Source of the DNA: Candidatus Iainarchaeum sp.
Lineage (GTDB): Archaea > Iainarchaeota > Iainarchaeia > Iainarchaeales > Iainarchaeaceae
Reading direction: 5' to 3'
Length of the DNA stretch: 53,302 nucleotides
NCBI GenBank assembly: GCA_016202305.1
Contig: JACQPB010000005.1
Span: forward strand, 1-53,302
The notes under the pieces: generated by a model
Database searches by the model: none
Seen by the model: the letters and a program-made list of their open reading frames with translations, nothing else
What the model was told of the DNA's origin: nothing
Translations under genes and position numbers: made by a program
Shown here: positions 1 to 9,609 of the stretch, in pieces
Position numbering within the stretch: position 1 is the first letter of the stretch
How the letters are laid out: each line of letters begins with the position of its first letter

Positions 1-1
1 T

Positions 2-1342
2 GTATTACGTGATGAAATAAAAAATAATAATACGCGGATAATTTTTGGGGAAAGAGGGGTAGGAAAATCTGCGTTAATGATTGCCATTAATGGCAATTTA
101 CAAGAAACTTCTGAAAATGGGTATGTACTAATTACGGTCATAGACGAATATTCCTATTTGATTTCACAAGGCAATAACCTAAATAAAAAATGGCGCATTT
201 TTTTAATTAGAAATTTGCTGAAAACTTTTATTCAAACTACTCTGCTTAAAAATTTGTCTATATCGCGACTCGACAAAATAGAAAAAGAAAAACTGTCTTT
301 TATTATTTTGAATTTTTATCAAACCATTTCAAAAACAGAATTTTATAAATTCCAAACAAATTCTAACTATTACAATAATTTCGTAAATCCTGCTTTGAAC
401 ACTTTTTTAAGTGCAAGTGTTGCCTTATCATCTGATTTTATATCAAAGTCACTCGGATTATCAAAGTTAGAAAACGTGGATTTTTATAAGGAATATATTC
501 CTAAGGCAGATACATTAAAACAAATTGAGATAAATTCACTTGAAATTTCACAACTATGGCAAATTTTTAATGACCTTATTGGAATCTGTCAGAAAATGGA
601 GTTTAAGACAATTATCTTTTTCTTAGATAAATTAGACGAAGACCCAGCTATTGGAGGGAATGTAAAGGAAGAGGGAAAGATTCTATTGCCAATACTTTTG
701 AACACCAGTGTTTTGCTCGATAATAAATTTAGTTTAGTGTTCCTTCTTTGGTCTAAAGTTAAAGATGAATTGAATAGAAATCATGTCCGACTTGATAAAA
801 TAAAAGCCACGGATGTTGGTTGGACTCAGAGAGAAGTTAGAGAGATAATCGAAAAAAGAGTGTCGTATTTTTCAAATAAAACTTTGACTTTTGATAAGCT
901 TTTTCAAAATGTAAATGACATTGATAAAATACTCTATTTATCAAACGGGTCTCCGCGAGACGCTCTTAGATTATTGTCTTGTATCTATGATGAGGAAGAA
1001 ACTTCAATAAACTCTCAGGGAATCTTTTCCCCTACGTCTGTAACAAAAGGAATTAACAAGTTTTTAAGTGGATACGACTTTTATGCAATATACCCTGCCA
1101 GGAGTGGTTCGCGTCGGGACATACTAAGTATAATTACTAAATTAAAAAAAATCGGAAAGCCAAATTTTAAATCAAAAGATATTCAAACCACATTCAAATT
1201 TTCACAGGCTTCTGCCGTAAATTATGTTAAATTATGGAAAGCGTTTGGAGTGATTAAAGAAGACCAAGAAGTAGTTGGAAAAGAGAAACAATATTCACTA
1301 ACCGACCCTAAAATTGAATATCTGGTTAGATACCAAATATGA
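2..1342 (+). CDS. P-loop ATPase with C-terminal winged-helix-like domain (5'-truncated by window edge), AT-rich
   Basis: The frame is open from nt 2, upstream of the called ATG at 77. It reads IIFGERGVGKS (Walker A at 47-70), has a Walker B-like IIFFLDKLDE, a helical GSPRDALRLL segment and a C-terminal HTH-like segment. It is far more AT-rich than the neighbouring genes. Confidence 0.75.
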   Translation, partial: VLRDEIKNNNTRIIFGERGVGKSALMIAINGNLQETSENGYVLITVIDEYSYLISQGNNLNKKWRIFLIRNLLKTFIQTTLLKNLSISRLDKIEKEKLSFIILNFYQTISKTEFYKFQTNSNYYNNFVNPALNTFLSASVALSSDFISKSLGLSKLENVDFYKEYIPKADTLKQIEINSLEISQLWQIFNDLIGICQKMEFKTIIFFLDKLDEDPAIGGNVKEEGKILLPILLNTSVLLDNKFSLVFLLWSKVKDELNRNHVRLDKIKATDVGWTQREVREIIEKRVSYFSNKTLTFDKLFQNVNDIDKILYLSNGSPRDALRLLSCIYDEEETSINSQGIFSPTSVTKGINKFLSGYDFYAIYPARSGSRRDILSIITKLKKIGKPNFKSKDIQTTFKFSQASAVNYVKLWKAFGVIKEDQEVVGKEKQYSLTDPKIEYLVRYQI

Positions 1343-1436
1343 TGTGTTGAATTTAGTTGCAGAATCTCGAATAAAGGTGCAAAGCCTGGCAGTGTAACCC
1401 ATATATACCCCTTCAGCCTCATTCTGTCTGGTTTGC

Positions 1437-1724
1437 ATGGCAAAAAGCGGCACGGATGCTGATGAGGGGGAAAAGGCCCTTGACGCGGCCGTGGCGGAGG
1501 AGGAAGAAGAAGTCCTTGTGGACAATGAGGACAGGCGCGAGGATGCGGCCATCGGTTCCGAGCTTTTCGGCACGAGTGAGGAGCAGGAGAAGAAGGACGC
1601 GGAGATGCTCAGGCGGCCCGTCAAAAACGACCGACTGCTTTTCAACATTCTTGCGCTCGCGGCCATCATTGCCTTGGCCTATGCCATTTACTGGGCCGTG
1701 AAGAAAGGGGTAGTGAAATTCTAG
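1437..1724 (+). CDS. Small acidic protein with C-terminal transmembrane helix
   Basis: Glu/Asp-rich N-terminus and hydrophobic C-terminal segment LLFNILALAAIIALAYAIYWAV; TATA-like cccatatata upstream (~1398-1407). Confidence 0.65.
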   Translation: MAKSGTDADEGEKALDAAVAEEEEEVLVDNEDRREDAAIGSELFGTSEEQEKKDAEMLRRPVKNDRLLFNILALAAIIALAYAIYWAVKKGVVKF

Positions 1725-1753
1725 GCTTTTCCTTGCGCGGGGTTGTTGCTGTC

Positions 1754-2056
1754 ATGGTGCTGCTTTATGCCGTTTTTCCTTCCGCGGCAAGCGCCGGGAA
1801 GGCCGCGCTTTCGCTCTTGGAGGGGCGCCTTGCAGCGTGCGCTAACATAATGCCGTGCAGCTCGCTTTACAGGTGGAAAGGGAGGATTGAGCTGCAAAAG
1901 GAGTTCGTGGCCATTTTCAAGACGTCGAAGGCGAAGGTTCGAGAGGCCAGGGTGCGAATACTGAAAAGGCATCCATATGATGTTCCATGCGTCATCGAGC
2001 TGGCCGGGAAGGCCAACCGCGCTTTCGAGAAGTGGGCCAAGGGCGAGCTTCGCTGA
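1754..2056 (+). CDS. cutA: Divalent-cation tolerance protein CutA
   Basis: Motifs LAACANI, SLYRWKG and HPYDVPCV. The ATG at 1754 gives a typical length of about 100 aa. Confidence 0.9.
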   Translation: MVLLYAVFPSAASAGKAALSLLEGRLAACANIMPCSSLYRWKGRIELQKEFVAIFKTSKAKVREARVRILKRHPYDVPCVIELAGKANRAFEKWAKGELR

Positions 2057-2475
2057 ATCCCGTGTTTCTGCCTTTACGCCAGTTGAACCATTCCGTGGCT
2101 TAGCGGTTGGCGCTTTTCATGGCATCGGATTCACGGGGATAGTGGCCAAAATATGCTGTGTTGCACAATTAAGGAATCCGGGCAAAATGTCAACCATGCC
2201 TTGCCCTTTCAGGGCTTTGAAGGCCATATAAGTCAGACATCCGAACAAAAAAGGCCGGTTTTTTGGAATTATGCAACAAGGCAGTCAGAATGCCCCGCTT
2301 TTGGCGGCCAAGGGCTTTCGGTCAGCCTGACTTTGCCATGGGGCATCAGCCAAGCAGGCCGGACCGGCCTTTAATGCATTTGCCGCAGTTGCCCCGAAAT
2401 GTGCCGCAAAACAGGGGGCGCCCTTAATGTCTCGTGGCCAAGAGGGGGTAATTGCCGCGCTTTCGCGAAACCGCC

Positions 2476-2545
2476 ATTAACATGTGTTAATTGTAAGTCA
2501 ATAGTCGAATTTCCAACGTACAGTCAACGTAACCCTTATATATCA
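2476..2545 (+). promoter_or_regulatory. Putative promoter/operator of the por operon
   Basis: Inverted repeat ATTAACA-tg-TGTTAAT (2476-2491), tandem CAACGTA repeats, and a TATA-like ccttatatat about 25 nt before the ATG at 2565. Confidence 0.4.
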
Positions 2546-2564
2546 TACGAGTTAATTTGATTAG

Positions 2565-3137
2565 ATGAAGGAAATCAGGCTGCATGGCCGGGCAGGCCAG
2601 GGCATGGTCACTGGCGCAGAGCTGATTGCTCTTGCCTCGAACTATGAGGGCAAGCACAGCCAGGCTTTCCCGTTTTTCGGCTCCGAGAAGAGGGGGCCGC
2701 CTGTAGAGGCTTATTGCAGGATAGACACGAGGCCCATAAGCATCCACGAGGAGATTGCGGAGCCTGATGTCGTCATAGTCGGGGACCCTTCCATAATGGA
2801 TTCGGTGGACGTGTGCTCGGGCCTGAGGAAGGGCGGGATAGTAATAGTGAACTCTCCCAAGAGGCCTGAGGACCTCGGCCTGCACGCGGGGAGGATTTTC
2901 ACGGTTGACGCCACGGACATCGCGCTCAAGCATTTCGGGAAGCTCATATTCAATACCGTCATGCTCGGCGCTTTCTGCAAGGTGACGGACATTGTCGGCA
3001 TTGATTCGATAGAGAGGGCGATAAAGGAGTCGTTCGACAGGAAGTTCCCGCAGGCAGTCATTGATGCCAACGTGAAGGCGGTAAGGGAAGTGTATGACAT
3101 CATGAAGGTGGAAAAGGCGAAAGCCGTGTCGGGATGA
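2565..3137 (+). CDS. porG: Pyruvate/2-oxoacid:ferredoxin oxidoreductase gamma subunit
   Basis: EIRLHGRAGQG, FFGSEKRGPPV and NTVMLGA motifs; first gene of a four-gene operon. Confidence 0.93.
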   Translation: MKEIRLHGRAGQGMVTGAELIALASNYEGKHSQAFPFFGSEKRGPPVEAYCRIDTRPISIHEEIAEPDVVIVGDPSIMDSVDVCSGLRKGGIVIVNSPKRPEDLGLHAGRIFTVDATDIALKHFGKLIFNTVMLGAFCKVTDIVGIDSIERAIKESFDRKFPQAVIDANVKAVREVYDIMKVEKAKAVSG

Positions 3138-3172
3138 ACCCGGCGGCGCTTTTGTCAGGGATTTGATGGAAG

Positions 3173-3424
3173 ATGATAATACCTCACGCAAGGCCGGGCT
3201 CGAGCACCGAGAACTTCACGGGCGAATGGAAGGCTTACATGCCGCTGGTCACAGGCGACAAGTGCATAAAGTGCGGCATCTGCCAGAATTTCTGCCCTGA
3301 AGGCATAATGGGCGAAGTGAAGAAGATTCCGGAAATCGATTACGAGTACTGCAAGGGATGCAGCATCTGCGCGAACGAGTGCCCGGTGAAATGCATCGAG
3401 ATGAAGAGGGTCGAGCAGGACTGA
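3173..3424 (+). CDS. porD: Pyruvate/2-oxoacid:ferredoxin oxidoreductase delta subunit (2x[4Fe-4S])
   Basis: TGEW motif plus CIKCGICQNFCP and CKGCSICANECP. Confidence 0.93.
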   Translation: MIIPHARPGSSTENFTGEWKAYMPLVTGDKCIKCGICQNFCPEGIMGEVKKIPEIDYEYCKGCSICANECPVKCIEMKRVEQD

Positions 3425-3443
3425 AAGTGGGTGTTTGGGGTTT

Positions 3444-4595
3444 ATGCTGAAGACAAAGGAAGGCGCGCGAGTGCTCGGCGAGATGGCAGTGAACTGCAAG
3501 CCGCAGGTGTGCGCATGCTACCCAATAACTCCCACGACGCACCTCACGGAGGAACTCAACAGGTATTATTCCAACGGCAGGATTCCGGAGTACATAACCG
3601 TGGAGGCCGAGTTTTCCGCCATTTCCGCGCTGATAGGCGCGAGCGCCGCCGGCTCGAGGACATTCACCACGACAGGCGGCCAGGGCCTGCTCTACATGCA
3701 CGAGCCGCTGTTCAGCGCTGCCGGGATGAGGCTCCCGATAGTGATGCTGGTAGGCAACCGTGCCGTTTCTTCTCCTCTTAACATATGGAACGACGAGCAG
3801 GACTCGATAAGCCAGCGCGACACAGGGTGGATACAGATTTACTGCAAGAACAACCAGGAAGCCGTTGACGCAATTCCGCAGGCATTCTACGTAGCGGAGA
3901 AGATTCTCCTCCCTGTAATGGTGTGCGTTGACGGCCATTACCTCACGCATGCCGTGGAGCAGGTGGATGTCGCGGACGAAAAGGTCGTGGACGAGTTCCT
4001 GCCGCCTTACAAGTACCCGCTGAAGCTCGACCCGGAAAACCCCGTCAGCCTCGGGGTTTACGCCAACCCGACGCATTACCAGATTTTCCGCGAGGACATA
4101 ATGAAGGACATGGAGCAGGCGAAGCAGTTGCTCATAGAGGCGGGAAAGAAATGGGGCAAGCTCACTGGCAGGACTTACGGCCTCGTGAGCGGCTACAAGG
4201 TCAAGGATGCCGACCGCGTCATTGTCGGAGTGGGCTCCGTCATGGACAACGTCATTACGGTTGTGAACGAGCTGAGGGAGAAGGGCGAGAAGGTGGGGGC
4301 GCTCCACCTCAGGGTGTTCAGGCCATTCCCGCACGAGGAGCTGAGGGAAGCGCTCGCAGGCAGGAAAATCGGCGTGATTGACCGGGACATCAGCATCGGC
4401 GGCAAGGCCCCGATTTACCTTGAGGTGCTCGAAGCGCTCAGCGGGACCAAGGCGCAGGTTTCGAGTTTTTTTGGCGGCCTCGGCGGCCGCGGCATAAAAA
4501 GGACGCACATACGCGAGATGTTCGAAAAAATGAAGAAGGGCCCGGTGAGCCAGTGGGTCGCTACGGAGGCGCCGAAAGCGGCGATGAGCGGGTGA
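3444..4595 (+). CDS. porA: Pyruvate/2-oxoacid:ferredoxin oxidoreductase alpha subunit
   Basis: YPITPTT, EAEFSA, NRAVSSPLNIWND and LRVFRPFP motifs; ATG at 3444. Confidence 0.93.
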   Translation: MLKTKEGARVLGEMAVNCKPQVCACYPITPTTHLTEELNRYYSNGRIPEYITVEAEFSAISALIGASAAGSRTFTTTGGQGLLYMHEPLFSAAGMRLPIVMLVGNRAVSSPLNIWNDEQDSISQRDTGWIQIYCKNNQEAVDAIPQAFYVAEKILLPVMVCVDGHYLTHAVEQVDVADEKVVDEFLPPYKYPLKLDPENPVSLGVYANPTHYQIFREDIMKDMEQAKQLLIEAGKKWGKLTGRTYGLVSGYKVKDADRVIVGVGSVMDNVITVVNELREKGEKVGALHLRVFRPFPHEELREALAGRKIGVIDRDISIGGKAPIYLEVLEALSGTKAQVSSFFGGLGGRGIKRTHIREMFEKMKKGPVSQWVATEAPKAAMSG

Positions 4596-4599
4596 AAAA

Positions 4600-5559
4600 A
4601 TGGACAAACTAGAAGTCGCGGGCCAGAGCAGGCAGAGCCAGCAGCACCTCTACGCGCCAGGCCACAGCGGCTGCCCGGGCTGCGGCCCAAGCAACGCTTT
4701 GATACAGGTATGCGACACTCTCGGGAAGGACATAATCGTCGTGAACGCGACAGGGTGCATGGAAATAACTTCATCGCAATACCCTCAGACCGCGTGGCGC
4801 GTCCCATACATACACTCGCTGTTCCAGAACGCGCCCGCAGTGGCCTCAGGAGTTGCGGCAGCGCTGAAGGCACAGGGCAACAACCACACGAAAGTAGTGG
4901 TGATTGCGGGCGACGGCAGCACTTATGACATCGGCTTCGGCTCCCTCAGCGGGATGCTTGAGAGGGGTGACAACGTGCTTTACGTCTGCTACGACAACCA
5001 GCTTTACGCGAATACCGGCGTGCAGAAATCCGGGGCGACGCCTTACGGCGCGGCCACCACTACCACTGTCGTGGGCTCGGTGCACAAGGGCAAGGAAACG
5101 GAGCGCAAGCCCATCAGCGAAATCGTCGCGGCGCACGGCGTGCAGTATGTCGCTTCCGCCTCGATAGCCTATTATGCGGATTTGCAGATGAAGCTGAAGA
5201 AGGCCAAGGCTGTCAACGGCCCGAGCTTCGTGGTCATTGACGCGCCTTGCTGCCTCGGCGCCGGCTTCGACGGCGGCATCACGATGAAGGTTTCCAAGAT
5301 GTCGGTGCAGTCGAGGCTATGGTTCCTTTACGAAATCGAGAACGGCCAGTACAAGCTCAATTTCAATCCCGCGAACCCGAAGCCCGTGAAGGAAGTCCTC
5401 GAACTGCAAAAAAGGTTCAAGCACCTTGATTCGGCGCAGACGGAGCACATACAGCGGCAGGCCAACCTCAATTACGAGGAGCTCGTGAGGAAGTGCTCTA
5501 TAGGTGCGCCCGTGCAGGGTCAGCAGCCTGCAAAGCCCGCAGAACAGCCGAAAGCGTAG
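4600..5559 (+). CDS. porB: Pyruvate/2-oxoacid:ferredoxin oxidoreductase beta subunit (TPP-binding)
   Basis: GCPGCG, NATGC and the TPP motif GDG...DIGF...YDNQLYANTG. Confidence 0.93.
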   Translation: MDKLEVAGQSRQSQQHLYAPGHSGCPGCGPSNALIQVCDTLGKDIIVVNATGCMEITSSQYPQTAWRVPYIHSLFQNAPAVASGVAAALKAQGNNHTKVVVIAGDGSTYDIGFGSLSGMLERGDNVLYVCYDNQLYANTGVQKSGATPYGAATTTTVVGSVHKGKETERKPISEIVAAHGVQYVASASIAYYADLQMKLKKAKAVNGPSFVVIDAPCCLGAGFDGGITMKVSKMSVQSRLWFLYEIENGQYKLNFNPANPKPVKEVLELQKRFKHLDSAQTEHIQRQANLNYEELVRKCSIGAPVQGQQPAKPAEQPKA

Positions 5560-5616
5560 TTTTGCCGCTTTTTCGCTTTTGCCCTATTTTTTATTTCTTC
5601 TGCCCCCAATATATGC

Positions 5617-6051
5617 ATGCGCGAAAAGCACGGGGTCACGGCAGTCATCTTCGACGAGCGCGGGGGGATGCGCTATTTCCTGGTGCTACACAGGGTTCTC
5701 AACTGGAAGGGATGGGAATTCTGCAAGGGCGGCATTGACGTGGGAGAAATGCCGGAGCAGGCTGTGCTGCGCGAGGTGGACGAGGAAACAGGGCTGAGAA
5801 ATGTTTCAATCGTTTCCTCCCTTCCCCGGAAAGTTTCATGGACTCACAAGGGGATGAAGTACGTTTATACGCCATTCATAATACGGGGCGACATGTCCGA
5901 GAAGTTGGACCTGCTACAGCAGATTGTCGAGCATGACGATTACCGCTGGTTGGAAGAGGAGAGGGTGGAAGGCTTCCTGACTCACGGCGACAACAAGAAA
6001 ATTTTCCGTGAAGCCCTTGCCGTGCTCGCGGGGCATGGCATGAATGCGTGA
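5617..6051 (+). CDS. NUDIX hydrolase
   Basis: Complete Nudix box [23 protein letters not shown]. Confidence 0.9.
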   Translation: MREKHGVTAVIFDERGGMRYFLVLHRVLNWKGWEFCKGGIDVGEMPEQAVLREVDEETGLRNVSIVSSLPRKVSWTHKGMKYVYTPFIIRGDMSEKLDLLQQIVEHDDYRWLEEERVEGFLTHGDNKKIFREALAVLAGHGMNA

Positions 6052-6068
6052 TTTTCTGCGTGGTCTGG

Positions 6069-6341
6069 ATGGAGCGCCTTGATGCGGTAGTGAAAGGCAG
6101 GGTGCAGGGCGTGGGCTTCAGGTTTTTTGTTCAAAGCCAGGCGACGCTCTTGGGCCTGCGGGGCTTCGTGCGCAACCTCCACGATGGCACAGTCGAGGTA
6201 GTGGCGGAAGGGGAGAAGGAAAAGCTCGCGAAGCTGCTTTCAGCGCTCGTGAAAGGCCATCCGCTTTCGAGAGTGGATGGGGTCGACAGCAACTGGGGCA
6301 CGGCCACAAGCGGGTTCAGGGATTTTTCTATCAGGCATTGA
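6069..6341 (+). CDS. acyP: Acylphosphatase
   Basis: Signature [11 protein letters not shown] and [17 protein letters not shown]. Confidence 0.93.
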   Translation: MERLDAVVKGRVQGVGFRFFVQSQATLLGLRGFVRNLHDGTVEVVAEGEKEKLAKLLSALVKGHPLSRVDGVDSNWGTATSGFRDFSIRH

Positions 6342-6361
6342 CCGCATGGCACGAGCCTTTT

Positions 6362-6826
6362 TCATTCAACTGTGAGGATTGCCTCTTTCGTGTGTTCTTT
6401 CCCGTTTATTTCCGCCCTTGCAACAAGGACATACGTTCCGGGCAGCACATTGCCGACAGGGTTCACCATGAAGGCGACTTCGCGCGAAGTGCCCCTTGAC
6501 AAATCAGGGATTGTGCCGTTGAACTTGTCGCTGGAAGGGAAAACCCCGAGTTCGGTTTCCTCCTTCGCGGAAACTGACAGCTTCACGTCCTTCGCGTCCT
6601 TGTCAGAGGTGTTTGTCACGGTCACGGTCACTTTCGCTGTTTCCGAGCCTTTTACCGGGTTCTTCTCAAACCTGAACTCTATCGGCGAAGGCGAAAGCAG
6701 CTGGCCTCCGAACACGGCGATGCCGGCTATTATGAGAATGCCTGCAATGGCCATGGCAGCATAGGCCAGAATCTTCTGCTTTTCAGGGCCGAAGCCAATG
6801 CTTATTCCTGAATCGTAAATCCCCAT
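6362..6826 (-). CDS. Membrane-anchored Ig-like (CARDB/NEW3-like) protein
   Basis: One N-terminal TM helix followed by a beta-sandwich pattern (VTVTVTN...PGTYVLVARAE). Confidence 0.65.
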   Translation of the reverse strand: MGIYDSGISIGFGPEKQKILAYAAMAIAGILIIAGIAVFGGQLLSPSPIEFRFEKNPVKGSETAKVTVTVTNTSDKDAKDVKLSVSAKEETELGVFPSSDKFNGTIPDLSRGTSREVAFMVNPVGNVLPGTYVLVARAEINGKEHTKEAILTVE

Positions 6827-6879
6827 GCAAAAACCCGTGAATTACATGGGGAGAAAGTCCTATTAATGCTTATCAATGC

Positions 6880-7308
6880 CTATCGGAAAGACACCATGCG
6901 TGCCACGAAAAGCAGAATGACGAGCGCGATAAATGTGTGCGCCCCTTTCGCAACAGCCTTTCTTCCCCTCACAGGTTCTTCTTTCGGAGACCCGCAAACC
7001 AGCGGCAAACCACTACTTATGGCTCCAATGCCATTATTCACTACCGCTTCCTTTTTCACGATTCCCAAAAAGGTCTGTATCCAAAGGTTTATGCCCATGG
7101 CGGCTAGTGCCACGGTTACAAAAAGTTCAGTCAGGAATAATACATTGCCGAAATCATGGGCGCTTAAAGCAAGACTAATCAATGCGGCGAAAAGCACTAT
7201 CACGAATCCAAATATCGTCGTTGAAACCACGATTAATTCGAGGAAATACGCCGCCCTCCAAAGTGGCGCGTAATTAGAATTTATTTTTGGCGGCGTGAAG
7301 AATCTCAT
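6880..7308 (-). CDS. Hypothetical membrane protein (about 3 TM), lower GC
   Basis: Hydrophobic ORF immediately downstream of DUF357 on the same strand. Confidence 0.5.
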   Translation of the reverse strand: MRFFTPPKINSNYAPLWRAAYFLELIVVSTTIFGFVIVLFAALISLALSAHDFGNVLFLTELFVTVALAAMGINLWIQTFLGIVKKEAVVNNGIGAISSGLPLVCGSPKEEPVRGRKAVAKGAHTFIALVILLFVARMVSFR

Positions 7309-7323
7309 CAACAAACACCGTGC

Positions 7324-7653
7324 TCACGGGAGTATAAATAACTTGTCATCGCCTTTCCCGTCCAGCAAGCCCAGCCTGACGCCGGCGTCTATCCATGCGT
7401 GCGCATAGCTGTACGCAGCGAGCGCCGTGAGTGCCATCCCTTTGCGCTCGAAGTACTGGGCATCGGCAAAGTAGGATTCGGCCATTTCGAGCAGGTTTTT
7501 GGCCATGCTATTTTCCTTAGTGCCTTCAGGGGCTATCAGGCCGGCCTTCTGGAGCGCGGCGCGGGTGAGCTCCCGATACTTTGTGACCTTGGCTATGAGG
7601 TCCTCCTGCCCTGCGCCCGCCTTCCCTGCGCCGGTGTCTTTCCGCGTCTTCAT
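7324..7653 (-). CDS. DUF357 domain protein
   Basis: MAESYFADAQYF...ALAAYSYAHAWIDAGVRLG; its start overlaps the dph5 stop (ATGA), a known archaeal neighbourhood. Confidence 0.88.
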   Translation of the reverse strand: MKTRKDTGAGKAGAGQEDLIAKVTKYRELTRAALQKAGLIAPEGTKENSMAKNLLEMAESYFADAQYFERKGMALTALAAYSYAHAWIDAGVRLGLLDGKGDDKLFILP

Positions 7654-8411
7654 TCCAGACCACTCAGCTCCCTGAGGGCCTCTATTTCCTTCTCATTGAG
7701 CTTACCGCACACTATGAGGGACTGCGGATAGGCCGTGAATCCGCATGACTTGAGCTGCTCCATGGTGCCGGCCCTGACCTGCTGTGCGGAGGAGCCCATC
7801 CCTGCCATGCCGACGGCAATGCTTTCGGAAAGCACGCTCTTTTCGCGCCTTTCCTCTATTCTTTCGAGCAATGAGATGGCATGGGTTATGCCCATCATCC
7901 TGCCTTCCTCGTTCCTCACGTCGAGCAGGCACATGGTGTGGAGGCCGAGCTTCTTGTTTTCGAGGATTGCATCGTAGAACCCTTCTGGCTCGTAATTGTC
8001 CTCGTGGAAGACTATGCTCGTGGTCCTGCCGAATTTGTACCTCTCCAATCCGGTGAATGCCATGAAATCGAAAATGCTTATCCCGGCGATTGCGGCTGCC
8101 TTCACGCCGGCTTTCCTGGCGTCGAGAAGCAGCTGTATGTGCGTCGTGGCATTGAGGGGATTGCCGTATACTGCCAGGGCCACATTTTTCCCCTTTGCCT
8201 CCTCCAGTATTTTCGCGAATTCCTCCTCGACAGCCTTCCTGTCCAGCACCTCCACCGCCTTCCCTGCCGCTTTTTCCAGCCCTTCGGGCCCGCCGGAGGA
8301 ATATGCCGAGGTGTAGCCATCGAGGTAGACGCTTTCGCTCGCCCTGAAGGCTTCAAGAGCTTCCTGCGTGAGGTGCCCCGGGGACAGGCCTATGCCTACT
8401 ATGTAAAGCAT
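7650..8411 (-). CDS. dph5: Diphthine synthase
   Basis: MLYIVGIGL, GNPLNATTH, YKFGRTTSI and GLHTMCLLD motifs. Confidence 0.95.
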   Translation of the reverse strand: MLYIVGIGLSPGHLTQEALEAFRASESVYLDGYTSAYSSGGPEGLEKAAGKAVEVLDRKAVEEEFAKILEEAKGKNVALAVYGNPLNATTHIQLLLDARKAGVKAAAIAGISIFDFMAFTGLERYKFGRTTSIVFHEDNYEPEGFYDAILENKKLGLHTMCLLDVRNEEGRMMGITHAISLLERIEERREKSVLSESIAVGMAGMGSSAQQVRAGTMEQLKSCGFTAYPQSLIVCGKLNEKEIEALRELSGLE

Positions 8412-8608
8412 GATACCAGTATTTCCGGAAAGTCTTAAATATTACTCAGGGGGAGGCATGGCGAATGTCCCCGAACTCATGGCCTGTGCAATCCGCAGGC
8501 CTCACACGGGATTATGCTGGATTCAGGCCATGGGGCGGAATATGCAGGCGTGGTTTTGGAAATGTATGGAGGCCTTTGCCATGGGGAAAACAGGATTGGG
8601 AATGAGGT

Positions 8609-9445
8609 TCATCCGCAGTTACCAGCCGCAACCGTCCAGACGTTCCTCGTGCCAGTTATGAAGCCGAGCGACACGACTATGACTTTTATGTAGTTCCTCT
8701 GGAACTCGTCCTTTATTTCGGCGTCAACTATGTGCACTATCGCCACTATCAGCGCGATTTTTATGATGGGAAACGCCAGCGGGAAAGAGCCGATGATTGC
8801 ATTGGAAACGAAATGCTGCTCCGAGCACGTGAACACCGTCGTGGCTATGTAAGAGGATACGCCATCTATCGCCTGGCCTATCACCGCAAGGCTGTTGAGG
8901 CCGTCATCAGCGAAGCCTTTCAGGAATTTCGAGGCGAGGAATATGGCTATGGCGCTCACGATTGCTATTGCGAGTATGGTGCCTGCGAGGATGGCCAGGT
9001 CTATGGGGAGCGTGAAATAGAACGCGAGCGCGGAAACAAGCAGGATTGTGCCGAAAATACCGAACGCCCTGTCGTCCTTTTCCGTTGCCGGGAAGAGTTT
9101 CCTGCCTGCGAACACAGAGGCAATCATGAGGATTATTATGGCGTACCAGAGACCCGGGGTATGCGTGTAAAAACCGAGCTCAAGCGGGTTCAGCGTGTAC
9201 GGGAGTAGCCCTGAATCCTGGAACGTCCTTATGAGGGTGCCGAAAACCAGGTAGGGTATCATGAAAAGCATGATGCGGTAATCCAGCTTCACCGAGTGCT
9301 TCCTGAGGAGCGGCCCGACAACCCATATCAGGACAGGGAACGTTATGACTATCAGGATGAGCGTGTTGACCAGCGTGAATCCGCCGTTGTTGGAAGGGCC
9401 GAGGACTGAATTGATGATTGAGGTGAAATCCGCCATAAGGGCCAT
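8609..9445 (-). CDS. DUF63 family archaeal membrane protein
   Basis: Multi-TM protein with FTLVNTL, GQAIDG..S, EQHFVS and LGFITGTRN motifs. Confidence 0.8.
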   Translation of the reverse strand: MALMADFTSIINSVLGPSNNGGFTLVNTLILIVITFPVLIWVVGPLLRKHSVKLDYRIMLFMIPYLVFGTLIRTFQDSGLLPYTLNPLELGFYTHTPGLWYAIIILMIASVFAGRKLFPATEKDDRAFGIFGTILLVSALAFYFTLPIDLAILAGTILAIAIVSAIAIFLASKFLKGFADDGLNSLAVIGQAIDGVSSYIATTVFTCSEQHFVSNAIIGSFPLAFPIIKIALIVAIVHIVDAEIKDEFQRNYIKVIVVSLGFITGTRNVWTVAAGNCG

Positions 9446-9609
9446 CTTCCGGGTTGTATTATAACCTTTATTTTTCAGTTAATATTGCATGCATTCTAAA
9501 CAGTTAAAAATCATTGGGTTGCCCGACATAAAAGTAATGCTGGGCAGAGAATTGCCGCCGCTGGTGCAGGTGCAGGGGCCGTGGAAGTGCTTGTGAGCGG
9601 GTCATTCGT

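Noticed and set aside
2487-4607. Long antisense ORFs over the por operon (and similar ones over ahcY, GT4, tgt and others)
   Set aside because: Shadow frames expected in GC-rich coding DNA; the opposite strand carries clear family motifs.
8478-8533. Inverted repeat CATGGCCTG...CAGGCCATG between DUF63 and dph5
   Set aside because: A single 9-bp IR in GC-rich DNA with no second copy or recognisable RNA family; could be chance or a terminator.
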